Translations under genes and position numbers: made by a program
Shown here: positions 1-11,753 of the stretch, one piece after another
Layout: each line of letters starts with the position of its first letter
Position numbering within the stretch: the first letter of the stretch is position 1
From: Octopus bimaculoides
Lineage: Eukaryota
NCBI RefSeq assembly: GCF_001194135.2
Contig: NC_069003.1
Span: 27,604,757-27,660,878, forward strand
Direction of reading: 5' to 3'
Length of the DNA stretch: 56,122 bases
The notes under the pieces: generated by a model
What the model was told of the DNA's origin: nothing
Seen by the model: the letters and a program-made list of their open reading frames with translations, nothing else
The model's database searches: none

Positions 1-524
1 TATATATATATATATATATATATATATAACATAGATAATATTGGACCCGTTTATGGGATTACCCTGGGTTTGACGTGTATAAGGTGATTAGCTTTACAGT
101 GTATCATTAGATTCCAAAACCTGTTGGCTTAATACTTCTTTAGCGTGTGGCCTCTCTGGAATACAGAAGAGGAAAGGACCTCGCTCTTCAATGTCAAAAT
201 CAGGTAATTGTCTTCCTTTGGCTATCGATTGTTGACAGTTTTTCCCAGTTTAAACTGCGACTTTGAATCTGCCTAAGGTTATCTTTCTTTGGTGTTTCCC
301 ATTAAGGAAGGCTAAAAAGCCAGGAACGCACGTCTGGAATCCGCTACATTGAAGCTCTGAACATATATATTTTTACAGTTTTTACTTTTGGAGAGAACAT
401 TTTTTTTCTCCTCGGTAACTGCAGAGAATTTTCCCTTAGAAGTTAAAAATAAGCCACAAACATTTAACTAACCTTCACTTCGTGTATACATTAGATTTGT
501 ATTCCTTACACCTATAATAAAACA

Positions 525-800
525 CAGTTTTGAAAGCAAACAGATGAATGGGTGATAGGAGAATATTTAATGTATATTTCACATGACGTACTCCATTAAA
601 ACTGCACTCATCAGAAGAAGTGATAAAACACCACTTTGAAATGAAACGTTCTACAGGGAGTTAGACGACGATTTAATCTATATTTTGCATGATGTACTCC
701 GTTAGAATTGTACTTCTTAAAATAGATACAAACGTTGTTTTGAAAGGAAATATAAAACCAGGGGCATAAGATTTTATTTTTATTTCACATAAGCCTGAGT
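525..800. repeat. Degenerate tandem repeat, unit about 105 bp, about 2.6 copies
   Basis: The anchor (t/c)tttgaaa recurs at about 528, 635 and 739. atttaat(g/c)tatattt..catga(c/t)gtactcc(a/g)tta(a/g)aa(c/t)tg(c/t)act appears in units 1 and 2. Confidence 0.7.
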
Positions 801-870
801 AATACAGGATATATGGAAATTAGGAAATAACGAAACATATAAAAGCAAACAAAATGTTTTTCGTCCTTTA

Positions 871-998
871 TTTGTTTTAGTCATTTGATTACGGTCAGGC
901 TGGAGCACCGCCTTCAATGGTTTAGTCGAACAAATCGACCCCAATACATAACCTTAAACTTTTGTTCTTATTCCATCGCTCAGTTTAACCGAACCGCT
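871..998 (-). mobile_element. SINE family A, 3' fragment
   Basis: Matches the reverse complement of the family A tail seen at 43230-43350 (gtcatttga..cgg.ca.gctggagcaccgcc). Confidence 0.75.
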
Positions 999-1265
999 CG
1001 TAGGGTCGTGAGCTCGATTCGCGGCGGTGCGTCGCGTCCTTGAGCAAGACACTCTATTTCACGTTACTCCAGGCCACTCAACTGGCAAAAAACGAGTAGT
1101 ACCTGTTTATTTTCAAAGGGGTCAGCCTTGTCAAATTCTGTGTCACGCTGAATCTCCCTGAAAACTACGTTAAACGTACGCGTGTTTGTGAAGTGTGCAG
1201 TCACTTGCACGTTAATCTCACGAGCATGTTGTTCCGTTGATCGGATCAACTGGAACCTTCGTCGA
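995..1265 (+). mobile_element. SINE family C (tRNA-like head remnant, CORE-like segment, tail module C)
   Basis: gtccttgagcaagacact..atttcacgtt segment, then a tail (gtcacgctgaatctccc...gttgatcggatcaactggaacc) shared with 35850-35985 and 49688-49890. Confidence 0.8.
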
Positions 1266-1385
1266 AGGATACAAATTAAGAAATTTAAACAATAATCATA
1301 TTTACACAAACTGTACTACATTCTTAACTTTATAGAATCTTGAGAAATCTGACACAGGATATTCATATTCTTTGCTATTATCAAT

Positions 1386-1787
1386 TGGTCAGCTGGCAGA
1401 AACGTTAACATGCCGGGCGAAATGCTTAGCGGTATTTCGTCTGTCTTTACGTTCTGAGTTCAAATTCTGCCGAGGTCGATTTTTGCCTTTCATCCTTTTG
1501 GAGTCGATAAATTAAGTAACAGTTGCATACTGGGGTTGATCTAATTGACTGGCCCCTCCCCAAAAATTTCGAGCCTTGTGCCTAGAGTAGAAAAGATTTT
1601 AGGACGGTGAGCTGGCAGAATCGTTAGGTCCGTCTTCAAGTTCAAATTCCGTCGAGGTCGACTTCACCTTAATTAATTTTGGAGTTGATAAAATAAGTAC
1701 TAGTTGAGCACTGCGGTTGATTTAATGAACTTAGCCACACCCGCGAGCTTGGTGAGTTTGTGATAAAATTTGAAATAATAATTAATT
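1386..1787 (+). mobile_element. Two head-to-tail SINE family B copies (about 1386-1597 and 1603-1787; the second is internally deleted)
   Basis: Head gctggcagaa(a/t)cgtta, B-box-like gagttcaaattc, central gtcgac/t..gcctttcatcc..gtcgataaa.taagta domain, tail aaatttc..gccttgtgcctagagtagaaa. Confidence 0.88.
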
Positions 1788-2660
1788 NNNNNNNNNNNNN
1801 NNNNNNNNNNNNNNNNNNNNNNNNNNNNNNNNNNNNNNNNNNNNNNNNNNNNNNNNNNNNNNNNNNNNNNNNNNNNNNNNNNNNNNNNNNNNNNNNNNNN
1901 NNNNNNNNNNNNNNNNNNNNNNNNNNNNNNNNNNNNNNNNNNNNNNNNNNNNNNNNNNNNNNNNNNNNNNNNNNNNNNNNNNNNNNNNNNNNNNNNNNNN
2001 NNNNNNNNNNNNNNNNNNNNNNNNNNNNNNNNNNNNNNNNNNNNNNNNNNNNNNNNNNNNNNNNNNNNNNNNNNNNNNNNNNNNNNNNNNNNNNNNNNNN
2101 NNNNNNNNNNNNNNNNNNNNNNNNNNNNNNNNNNNNNNNNNNNNNNNNNNNNNNNNNNNNNNNNNNNNNNNNNNNNNNNNNNNNNNNNNNNNNNNNNNNN
2201 NNNNNNNNNNNNNNNNNNNNNNNNNNNNNNNNNNNNNNNNNNNNNNNNNNNNNNNNNNNNNNNNNNNNNNNNNNNNNNNNNNNNNNNNNNNNNNNNNNNN
2301 NNNNNNNNNNNNNNNNNNNNNNNNNNNNNNNNNNNNNNNNNNNNNNNNNNNNNNNNNNNNNNNNNNNNNNNNNNNNNNNNNNNNNNNNNNNNNNNNNNNN
2401 NNNNNNNNNNNNNNNNNNNNNNNNNNNNNNNNNNNNNNNNNNNNNNNNNNNNNNNNNNNNNNNNNNNNNNNNNNNNNNNNNNNNNNNNNNNNNNNNNNNN
2501 NNNNNNNNNNNNNNNNNNNNNNNNNNNNNNNNNNNNNNNNNNNNNNNNNNNNNNNNNNNNNNNNNNNNNNNNNNNNNNNNNNNNNNNNNNNNNNNNNNNN
2601 NNNNNNNNNNNNNNNNNNNNNNNNNNNNNNNNNNNNNNNNNNNNNNNNNNNNNNNNNNNN

Positions 2661-2706
<46 letters not shown>

Positions 2707-2999
2707 ATGGAGAGAGAGAAAGAGAGAGAGAGAGATGTACATACAAACATAAATGGGCGTGTCTGTATATATGAATGCATGTATATCTACCTGTATATGT
2801 ATGTATGTATGTATGTATGTATATATGTGTGTGCGTGTGTGTGTATGCATATATCTATGAGTATAGATATGATTTAGATATAGACATATATGTATATTCG
2901 TATATGCATATGTGTTTCTATATCTACACCTGTCTATCTATCTATCCATGCATCCATCCATCCACCATATATCTATCTATCTATCTATCGATCTAGATC

Positions 3000-3310
3000 G
3001 ACTATAAAGTCTTCTGTAGCCAAAGTTTTTTCGATTGTCATGCTGTTAGTGCGTCCAGTTACATAAAGCGTCAGCCGTATTTTCATAATCTTTTTATATC
3101 GTTTTATTTCGTTTTAAAGCTTTCCTTTGTGTCTATTATTTATTAACTCTTATCGTATAAATATTCTGATAACGCTTTTCTGGCTGTTTTCTGGCATTTT
3201 TTGACAGTTTTATTTACTTGAAATGTTTATCTTCTGATGAAGTAGCCAGTATTATTAATGTATCGAAACAACTGTAAATATATGAATTTTTGAATAAATA
3301 CTTCTTTCTA
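3000..3310 (+). mobile_element. Probable Penelope-like element terminal repeat with a hammerhead-like core
   Basis: T-rich segment ending in CTGATGA (3234-3240)...C-GAAA-C-aact-G-T-A (3264-3276). This is the arrangement of the minimal type I hammerheads known from Penelope-like pLTRs. Stems I and II are degenerate. Confidence 0.45.
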
Positions 3311-3342
3311 CTGTTACACAATGTGGACGTAAATGCATATAC

Positions 3343-3376
<34 letters not shown>

Positions 3377-3540
3377 GGCGCAGGAGTAGATGTGTGGTAA
3401 GTAGCTTGGTTACCGACCACATGGTTCCGGGTTCATTCCCACTGCGTGGCACCTTGGGCAGGTGTCTTCTGCTATAGCCTCGGGCCGACCAAAGCCTTGT
3501 GAGAGGATTTGGTAGACGGGAAACTGAAATAAGCCTATTC
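3377..3540 (+). mobile_element. SINE family A, 5' half (tRNA-like head plus CORE-like domain)
   Basis: ggcgcaggagtagatgtgtggtaag (A-box-like), gggttcattccc (B-box-like), gtggcaccttgggcaggtgtcttc (CORE-like). It runs into (TA)n and a gap. It resembles the described octopus tRNA-derived SINEs (OR/OK type), but the named family was not verified. Confidence 0.9.
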
Positions 3541-4080
3541 TATATATATATATANNNNNNNNNNNNNNNNNNNNNNNNNNNNNNNNNNNNNNNNNNNNNN
3601 NNNNNNNNNNNNNNNNNNNNNNNNNNNNNNNNNNNNNNNNNNNNNNNNNNNNNNNNNNNNNNNNNNNNNNNNNNNNNNNNNNNNNNNNNNNNNNNNNNNN
3701 NNNNNNNNNNNNNNNNNNNNNNNNNNNNNNNNNNNNNNNNNNNNNNNNNNNNNNNNNNNNNNNNNNNNNNNNNNNNNNNNNNNNNNNNNNNNNNNNNNNN
3801 NNNNNNNNNNNNNNNNNNNNNNNNNNNNNNNNNNNNNNNNNNNNNNNNNNNNNNNNNNNNNNNNNNNNNNNNNNNNNNNNNNNNNNNNNNNNNNNNNNNN
3901 NNNNNNNNNNNNNNNNNNNNNNNNNNNNNNNNNNNNNNNNNNNNNNNNNNNNNNNNNNNNNNNNNNNNNNNNNNNNNNNNNNNNNNNNNNNNNNNNNNNN
4001 NNNNNNNNNNNNNNNNNNNNNNNNNNNNNNNNNNNNNNNNNNNNNNNNNNNNNNNNNNNNNNNNNNNNNNNNNNNNNNNN

Positions 4081-4121
<41 letters not shown>

Positions 4122-4398
4122 CCACACAAACACACTTAGATACACCAACACATCCAGACATATATATATATATATACACACATACATAAGCCGCACACAA
4201 ACACACACATATATGCATAGGCATATGTATATGTGTGCGTGCATATGTGTGTGTGTTTATCTGTGTGTGAGAGACTGGATGCGAGTGTACGCCTCATGAG
4301 GATATCGAAAAATATGGCAAAAATAATGAGAAAGACCGTAAAAAGATAGAGTGAAAGCAAACACATGAGGTAAACGACAAACTCAATGCAAAAATCGG

Positions 4399-4443
<45 letters not shown>

Positions 4444-4758
4444 TCGACTACTACTATCATTTATAATAATAATAATAATAATAAAAATAGTAATGATGAT
4501 GATGATATGTGTGCGTATATTTCACTTCTAATAACCGATATTGATGATTTTAATCGAAATTTGTGATGTGTAGAAAATCCCCGAGCAGAACAGGTGAACC
4601 GATGTGTAGATTACTTAGCATACGATATGAAATTAATAATGTTTGTTGGTATTCTTTCATATTCCAATAACTATTAATTTATTATGTTTGCATCGAGACA
4701 AAATCTCGGTCTGGAAGATTGGACACTGTAGATGTAGATTCTATACTCTGTGTGGGTG

Positions 4759-5335
<577 letters not shown>

Positions 5336-5869
5336 GAATAGTCTGAATATATCTAATATATGTATATACAGCTTATACTTATACGTACATATACTTATGC
5401 ATAAATGTGTTTGTTTGTGCATATGGATCGGAGTGCTAATATGTAGAACAAAGTGTTATAATATAGATATATTGAAGAATGTATACATTGGAGGATGCAT
5501 AATGTATAACTTGTGGGAAGGGGGTTATACGCACATGCGTATACATATATGTATGTACGTAGGTATGTATGCATTATGAGTAATGCAAAGATCTTTACAT
5601 CTATAAACCCCGTCCTAATAACAGCATCCTAGCGAATGCCAACAATGTCAATTGCTAATTTAATATTACTGCAATACTTTATGTAGAAGCTGAAAGAAAA
5701 AAAAAATTACAAGGTTTGAATAAACTCCAGCAGAGCTAATGAAATTTGGAAGTTCAGAACTTAGTAACTCTTCAACAACCTTCTGTCAAAAGATAAGATA
5801 AATGAACTTCTGATTTTAAAGAAGGTATTCAATGTTTGGCGTAATCGATCCTCCATAATTATTTTACTA

Positions 5870-6230
5870 GATTTACCAAGATAAGTATTTAACCAGAATT
5901 TTTACAAAATCTTTAGAGCAATGTTGTTAATTCTGATAAACAGGCTTCAATGGAAAGGCGGAAGAAATCTTCGCAGAATAATTGGCAGGGTTGAAATCAA
6001 ACGAGTGTCATCAGTCAACGAACTGGGAAACATCTTTAACACCAATGTCACCTTATAACAACTTCATTAGTACTAGGAAGGTCTTTGTGTTTTTTTGATA
6101 GGGGTTTGTGACAAGGGATATGCGGTACTTCAACTTGGACACCCACCTCATCTAAAAGATTCGACCTCTGTATGGAAACCCAATCAGATCTAATTCTATT
6201 AAGACTGTTTCAAAAGACTTTTAGAAGAAC
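5870..6230 (-). pseudogene. Highly decayed CR1/L2-type LINE reverse transcriptase fragment
   Basis: Manual translation with stops and frameshifts gives, in the expected order: FF*KSFETV (DFxKAFDTV), FLVLM..GDI, SLTDDTRL (SFADDTR) and RINNIALKIL*KF (W..NNM.LN..KF). Confidence 0.55.
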
Positions 6231-6273
6231 ATTTGGAATTCATCCAGTCGATCTCTCTCTCTCTCTTTGTCTC

Positions 6274-6326
<53 letters not shown>

Positions 6327-6330
6327 GTGA

Positions 6331-6492
6331 CTTTACAACATCTTCATAGAAAACATCGAGCAGGAAGCGCTGTGTGATTTCCAGCGCTCAGTGTCCACCA
6401 GAAACTGACTCATTTGCAACCTGCCTTTTGTTGACTGCATTGACCTAATAGGAGACAACGAAGAAGAATTCCAGGATCTCGCTACAAGATCA
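6331..6492 (+). pseudogene. RTE-clade LINE reverse transcriptase fragment (catalytic region)
   Basis: LYNIFIENIEQEALCDFQRSVSTRN*LICNLPFVDCIDLIGDNEEEFQDLATRS matches the RTE pattern LFNIFLE.IMQEAL.D....SIGGR.ICNLRFADDIDL.G..E.ELQ.L..RL. Confidence 0.85.
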
Positions 6493-6789
6493 GAGAGAGA
6501 GAGAGAGAGAGGGTGAAGAACCTAGAAAGAAAATCTTGAATTGAGAACATCAAGCGTGAGGCAGGTCTCAACAAGCGCCTGTTCGTATAATGAATATCTG
6601 AGATCAGTAGCGACTGTTGACTGGGTCCCACGGTTTTCTGAAAGGCATGAGCTACACAGATGAAGTCAAGTGTCTGCAGCCTGGAATCGAAGCTAGAATT
6701 TTCCCGTTAAGAGTTTATCCATTGCATTATAAACACCATTCGTGCGAAGGGAAATGTTAAGATTGATTGCTTTTCATCGAATATACAAT

Positions 6790-6960
6790 GGTTTCTAATT
6801 TAAGCACAATGCCACCTACTTTGAGGGGATGAGTTAGACGATGCTATCGACCTCAGTATATGACTTCGAAAAGATGAAAGGCAAAGTTTAACTCGACGGG
6901 ATTTGAACTTAGAAGGTAAAGAGCAAGGCGTGATTTCCGGCTCTGATTCTGTTAATCTAT
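6790..6960 (-). mobile_element. SINE family B, degenerate
   Basis: gatgaaaggcaaagttaactcg.cgggatttgaactt is the reverse complement of the family B core. Confidence 0.75.
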
Positions 6961-8044
6961 CACTGTCGTTCATCGACTATATAATGAAAAAGAAAACGAA
7001 AAAAGAAGACAAGTATCGAGATCAATATGTTGTCGAAAGGATATCGACCTATTGACCAAATGGTTATATAATGTAGTCTCACATGCACTCTAGTCAAAAC
7101 TTCAAAAGTTGTGTTTCATTTAATTGAAGTAGTTTTTTTAATAATTTCTAACAGGAAGAATTAGACGGCCTAACTTTGAACCGAGAAGACTCCTGGGTAA
7201 TTGCTAAGCTATTACACAATCATTGAATTAAGTTGAATGTGTGGTAAAAGAAGAAAACATATTGCTGCTGGCTTAGTCCATCACGGCGAAAGACGAGAAT
7301 GAAATGAAGCAAAAAAATTGCCAATAATACTTTCCGACGGGAAACAGCATAAAACATGGCGTTAGAGAGAAGTTAAACATGAAATGAAAGCATCATTTAC
7401 AATTTCTTAATTACATTTGACATATAAATACAAAATAAATATATTGTGAAAACAAATATCGCTTTGACATAGAAATATGTTATTAAGGGAAGGAATAAAC
7501 CAGTGAAAGGAAGAGAAAGTTAGAGTATAATAGACTGAGTGTCTGCAAGCTGAGCGCAGAACGGAAGTGGAAAGTATTTCCTATTTTGCTTCGATTTAGG
7601 ATTTAGAAACACTCTTAATTAATTTTCCGTATTCGTTCTTATGTTTTGTATTTATATATATATTTTTTATTAATTATATATTGGAAATTCATGCATATTA
7701 AATAAAAACGCATTAGAAAACTAATCAGAAATACTGGAGTCCATTCGAGCTACTCACTAATTCTTAGTTACTTCTGTTGCGATGTCGACCTTTAAAAGTA
7801 GTCGATGCACTAAAGGTCGGTCAGTTAATCAGCTGAGTGCATCAAGAAAGCGAAGCGTTTGATTTAAAAAAAAAAAAGTTAAATGGAATAGTATGCTTGG
7901 TTTGATGGAGATCAGACCGTATTGATACGGAGAAGAGGAAATTAAATGAGATAAAAATAAACAAGACTATATACAATTATAACAAAGCTGTAATGTATCG
8001 CAGATTCAATGATACATTTTAGGACAATGTTGTTGGGAAAGAAG

Positions 8045-8119
<75 letters not shown>

Positions 8120-8554
8120 ATGAAACAGGTTGTCAAATCAAAAGACACACTTGATTACTGACGTTAATCAATTATTATAACATCGTTGAATAATCGACAG
8201 AAACACTACGATAGTGATGCAGAAGAGACACGCAGTTACTGTGTTAAATTCGCACGATCTATCAAGTCAAAAGGCAGTTGGCCGCCGACATCAATCAGAT
8301 ATATTACACCGGTAACCGTGGGAAGGCCTGTATGTGATCACTTGACCTGCTACAAATAGCAATCAAATAATTTCCTTGTGAGGATAACCTGTCGTTTTAA
8401 AAATATTTTTCACTCTGGATAAATGTGGTCCTAAAGAAAAAAGCTTGTCTTGTCGAGTCATGGCAACACGTAAGGGCTAGTTTCCATGGTGTATAAATTC
8501 CCTACCTGGACGGGCACCACTTTCAAGAATTTTAGTCGAACTAATCGGCCCTCA

Positions 8555-8663
8555 GCAGTTTTTTAAAGCCTGATACCTATTCCATCGGTCTTTCTTGCCG
8601 AACCACAAGGTTTCGGGGATGTAAACAATTCAACACTGCTTGTCAAGTGGAAGGGGAGGACAA

Positions 8664-8696
<33 letters not shown>

Positions 8697-9080
8697 CGAG
8701 GTTTTGCGGAAAAGTTCCTGGCATTAAGGGCGTCGCGAAAGACGCGTAGTAGGAGGCCCAACATTCCGAGTTCTTTCACAGGGCTTACAAAACTTGAAGG
8801 ACCATTGCAATAAGTGTGTAAAGCTGAGAGGGGAATATGTTGAATAAAATCATAATTAACTGATCCTCCTGTATTTTCTTTTACCCAAAGCCGGAACTTT
8901 TCAGCATCCCCTCGAATATGGCAGCCTTCTTTCAGTATCCGTTGACCAAAACCACTCACAAGGCTTTGGATGGTCCGAGGCTTTAGTTGAAGACGCTTGC
9001 TGAAGGTGCCACGCAGTGGGCCTGAACCTGGAAAGATGTTGCCCTTGTGGTAACCAAATCTCTTACCACACAACCACGTC
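8555..9080 (-). mobile_element. SINE family A copy interrupted by a mariner MITE
   Basis: The 3' half (8555-8696) and the 5' half (8918-9080) of family A flank the MITE at the internal (CA)n(TA)n. Confidence 0.85.
8697..8914 (+). mobile_element. Mariner-derived MITE (internally deleted), about 218 bp
   Basis: Imperfect TIRs cgaggttttgcggaaaagttcctggc and gccggaacttttcagcatcccctcg, with a TA at the left end. The interior encodes DHCNKCVKLRGEYVE*, which matches the mariner transposase C-terminus. Confidence 0.85.
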
Positions 9081-9639
9081 CAGTATTTCATTATCAAATG
9101 TGATTTTCGCAATTGAAGACAGTGGACTGGTGATTTGAGATATATTTAGCTCGAAACATGATATCTGTTGGCAGCCATGTTTTGAACTCAGTAAGAATTA
9201 AATTCAGCTACACTATTAATAGCAAGAAATATTTCTCTGCCAAGTGCTATCCGTTTATTGTCGAGTAAAAGCAGACGGAAATCTGTTTAAAGCACACACG
9301 TTTTCACAAATGCCAGTTTAACCAACGATATTTTTTTCTGTCACAGAAGAGGTATCAACACCTTTAATCTTCGTTAACCTTTCAAGAAATCTCATTCAAA
9401 TTACTGTTTGAGTGGCCGGTCATAGCTGACCCACATTAATAAATATAGCTGTGCGGCCGCTATTATTGAATTATTGGCAGCAGTTATTTATTTGAAAACA
9501 ACCAAACAGACGATATGAAAGAAAATTATATTTTACGTAGAAAATTTTCTATACTTTCCATTGCCAGACGTTTTTTTATTCAGTAATATTACTGTTGTTG
9601 TCATTGATGTTGTCGTAGTTGTAATAGGGGTGTTGTTGC

Positions 9640-10295
9640 TTAAATCCAGTTCGACGCTTTACTTTCGCAAAACAGTAAAGTGTGAATCAAGCGGGGTTTA
9701 GCAACTATTTCTAGCAAGCTTAGTAACCACTCACTCATATCATAAGTTTAGTTGTTGTTGTTGTTGTTATTGTTGTAACTGTTGTTGGTGGTGGTGATAG
9801 TGGCGTTGGTGTTGGTTGTGGTGTTGAAACCCAGTTCAGCACAGACGGAGAGGTTTATATGATCCAGTCATGACCATCACGTTATTCTTGTTTGTTAGTG
9901 TATGCAGGACCATATACATTATCTAATGTGCTCCTTACTTTCTCAAGACAGTAAGGTGTGAATTGAGCGTGAATCCGCTGCTATTTCTAGCACATTTATG
10001 AACGACATAAAGGTCCCCTCATTTGACTGGTTTTATTGCTGTTATTGTTATTGTTGCTGCTATTGTTGCTGGTGTTGCTGCTGCTGCTGTTAGTGGTAGT
10101 TCTGCCTAAATCCAGTTCAGACCTGTAATTAAAGACGTTCCAGCCAGGACCATCACGTCCTTCTTCTTTCTAAGTATGCGCAGTACCATATGCATAATCT
10201 GATGCGCACTTTACTTCCCCAAGGTGTGCATTGAACATGATATAACTGCTATTTCTAACAAATCTAGCAACCACATGAAGGTTACCTCATTTGAT
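9640..10295 (-). mobile_element. Three tandem copies of repeat family D (about 200 bp retroposon 3' end with an (AAC)n tail), separated by (GTT)n/(GCT)n
   Basis: aaatccagttc...gaccatcacgt...aaggtgtg.attga.c.tga....ctgctatttcta.ca recurs at about 9640, 9830 and 10105. Confidence 0.75.
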
Positions 10296-11024
10296 CAGTC
10301 TTATTATGGCTGTTATTGTTACTGTTGTCTTTCCTATTGTGGCTGTCGTTGTTATTTCTGTTATTGCTCCTGTCCCTGTTGTTTTTGTTTTGTTTTGCTG
10401 TTACTGATGTATCGATCAATTACGTCCAAGTTATTGTAAAATTGTTGTATTTTCCTAACTATTATATTGTTTCACAAGCTCCACGGCGTTTTATTCAATA
10501 TTGATTCTGGCCTATATTTACAAGTAATAATACTTTCTTTTGAACTTCAATTTCTTTTATTTTCTTTTGTATTTCCTGCAGTATTTCAATGCAGTTCTAA
10601 TGAAAGGTCTTATCACTTTAAACAGATGCTATTCGATATCTGATGAAGCAATAAGAAATTGGTTTCCTTTACATAGAATATCTGTGCAAGGATGGCATGA
10701 CTGTGTGTAAGACGTTCATGTCGCAATTATACGGCACCTTGGGCAAGTGTCTTCTACAAAGGCCTACTCGATAGAAGAATTCTGAATAAAATTTGGGAGA
10801 TTGGAAAATGAGTGGAAACTTTCCGGAGGATCCGTTCTTCTTCTTGGTGGTCGAAATAATACCGCACCCAAATTAACACCATCATTATCTAGTTCTTTAG
10901 TATCTTTAGCGAGGTACTCTCTGGTGCAAGTTTTCTGATTAGATCTTCGGTCTCAGGACCATGCACCGGTGTCGGAGGCCGTGAGAACCGTTTCTGTGCT
11001 GCCCTTACTAATTAATAATAATAA

Positions 11025-11245
11025 TGATAATGATTTCAAATTTTGGCAAAGGGCCAGAAATTTCAGAGGAGGGGGCAAGACGATTACATTGATCCCAGTG
11101 CTCAAATGATACTTATTTTATCGATCACGAAAGGATAAAAGGCAAAGTCGACCTCGGCGGAATTTGAACTCAGAACGTAAGGACGGACGAAATGCGTCCA
11201 AGCATTTTGCTCGGCGTTCTAACGATTCTGCCACCTCGCCACCTT
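11025..11245 (-). mobile_element. SINE family B, full length
   Basis: Complete reverse-complement copy with an (ATT)n-type tail. Confidence 0.92.
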
Positions 11246-11263
11246 AATGATAATAAATAATAA

Positions 11264-11753
11264 GCTGTACTGAATGAGAAGGCGGTCAATGACAATGGAG
11301 ACACCCTCCAGGAGCACAATACGAGGACTAATAAAGAAAAGAACATCAACTGGGAAGAGGAAGTCCTGCACGGAGAATTTTTTTTCAGCAAACAGCGGAT
11401 GAAACCAAAGAAGAATCCTGGAGATGGTTAAGACAATGGTTTCTAAAGAAGGAAACGGAAGGATTGATGCTTGCTGTTCTAGAACAAGCTTTACGTACTA
11501 ACTGAATCAAGTGAAGCATTCAAGAGACAGCAACATTACCTGTGCGAAGACTACGTGGAAAAGCATCCGAGACAGACATATAATTAGTGGATGCTGAAAT
11601 CGAACCCCAAAAGGAAGACAAAAAACGCCATGATGAATTAACAGAGCGAATACACTGGGTGTTGAGCAAAAATTATGGGCTGGAATGTTCTAAGCGGTGC
11701 TTTGCGAACCAACCTTCACCAATAGCAGAGAATGATTAGGTGAAACTCACATG
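11264..11753 (+). pseudogene. R4/Dong-like REL non-LTR retrotransposon fragment (post-RT and CCHC-knuckle region)
   Basis: WEEEVLHGEF..SWRWLRQWFLKKETEGLMLAVLEQALRTN..ET..HIISGC..RHDELTERIHWVL..QPSPIAEND*VKLTW matches the pattern W..K.LHGQF..SW.WL..G.LK.ETEG.I.AAQDQAL.T..ET..H..SGC..RHD..IHW..P..V.EN..KILW. It is truncated by (TA)n and a gap. Confidence 0.85.

Noticed and set aside
572-615. Minus-strand CTGATGAG..GAAA motif inside the 105 bp repeat
   Set aside because: Six extra bases separate the putative stem II from GAAA, and the motif is absent from the other units.
10640-10665. CTGATGA..GAAA hammerhead-like motif
   Set aside because: Stem II and stem III do not pair (agcaataa; ttggtt). 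At best it is an unrecognisable relic.
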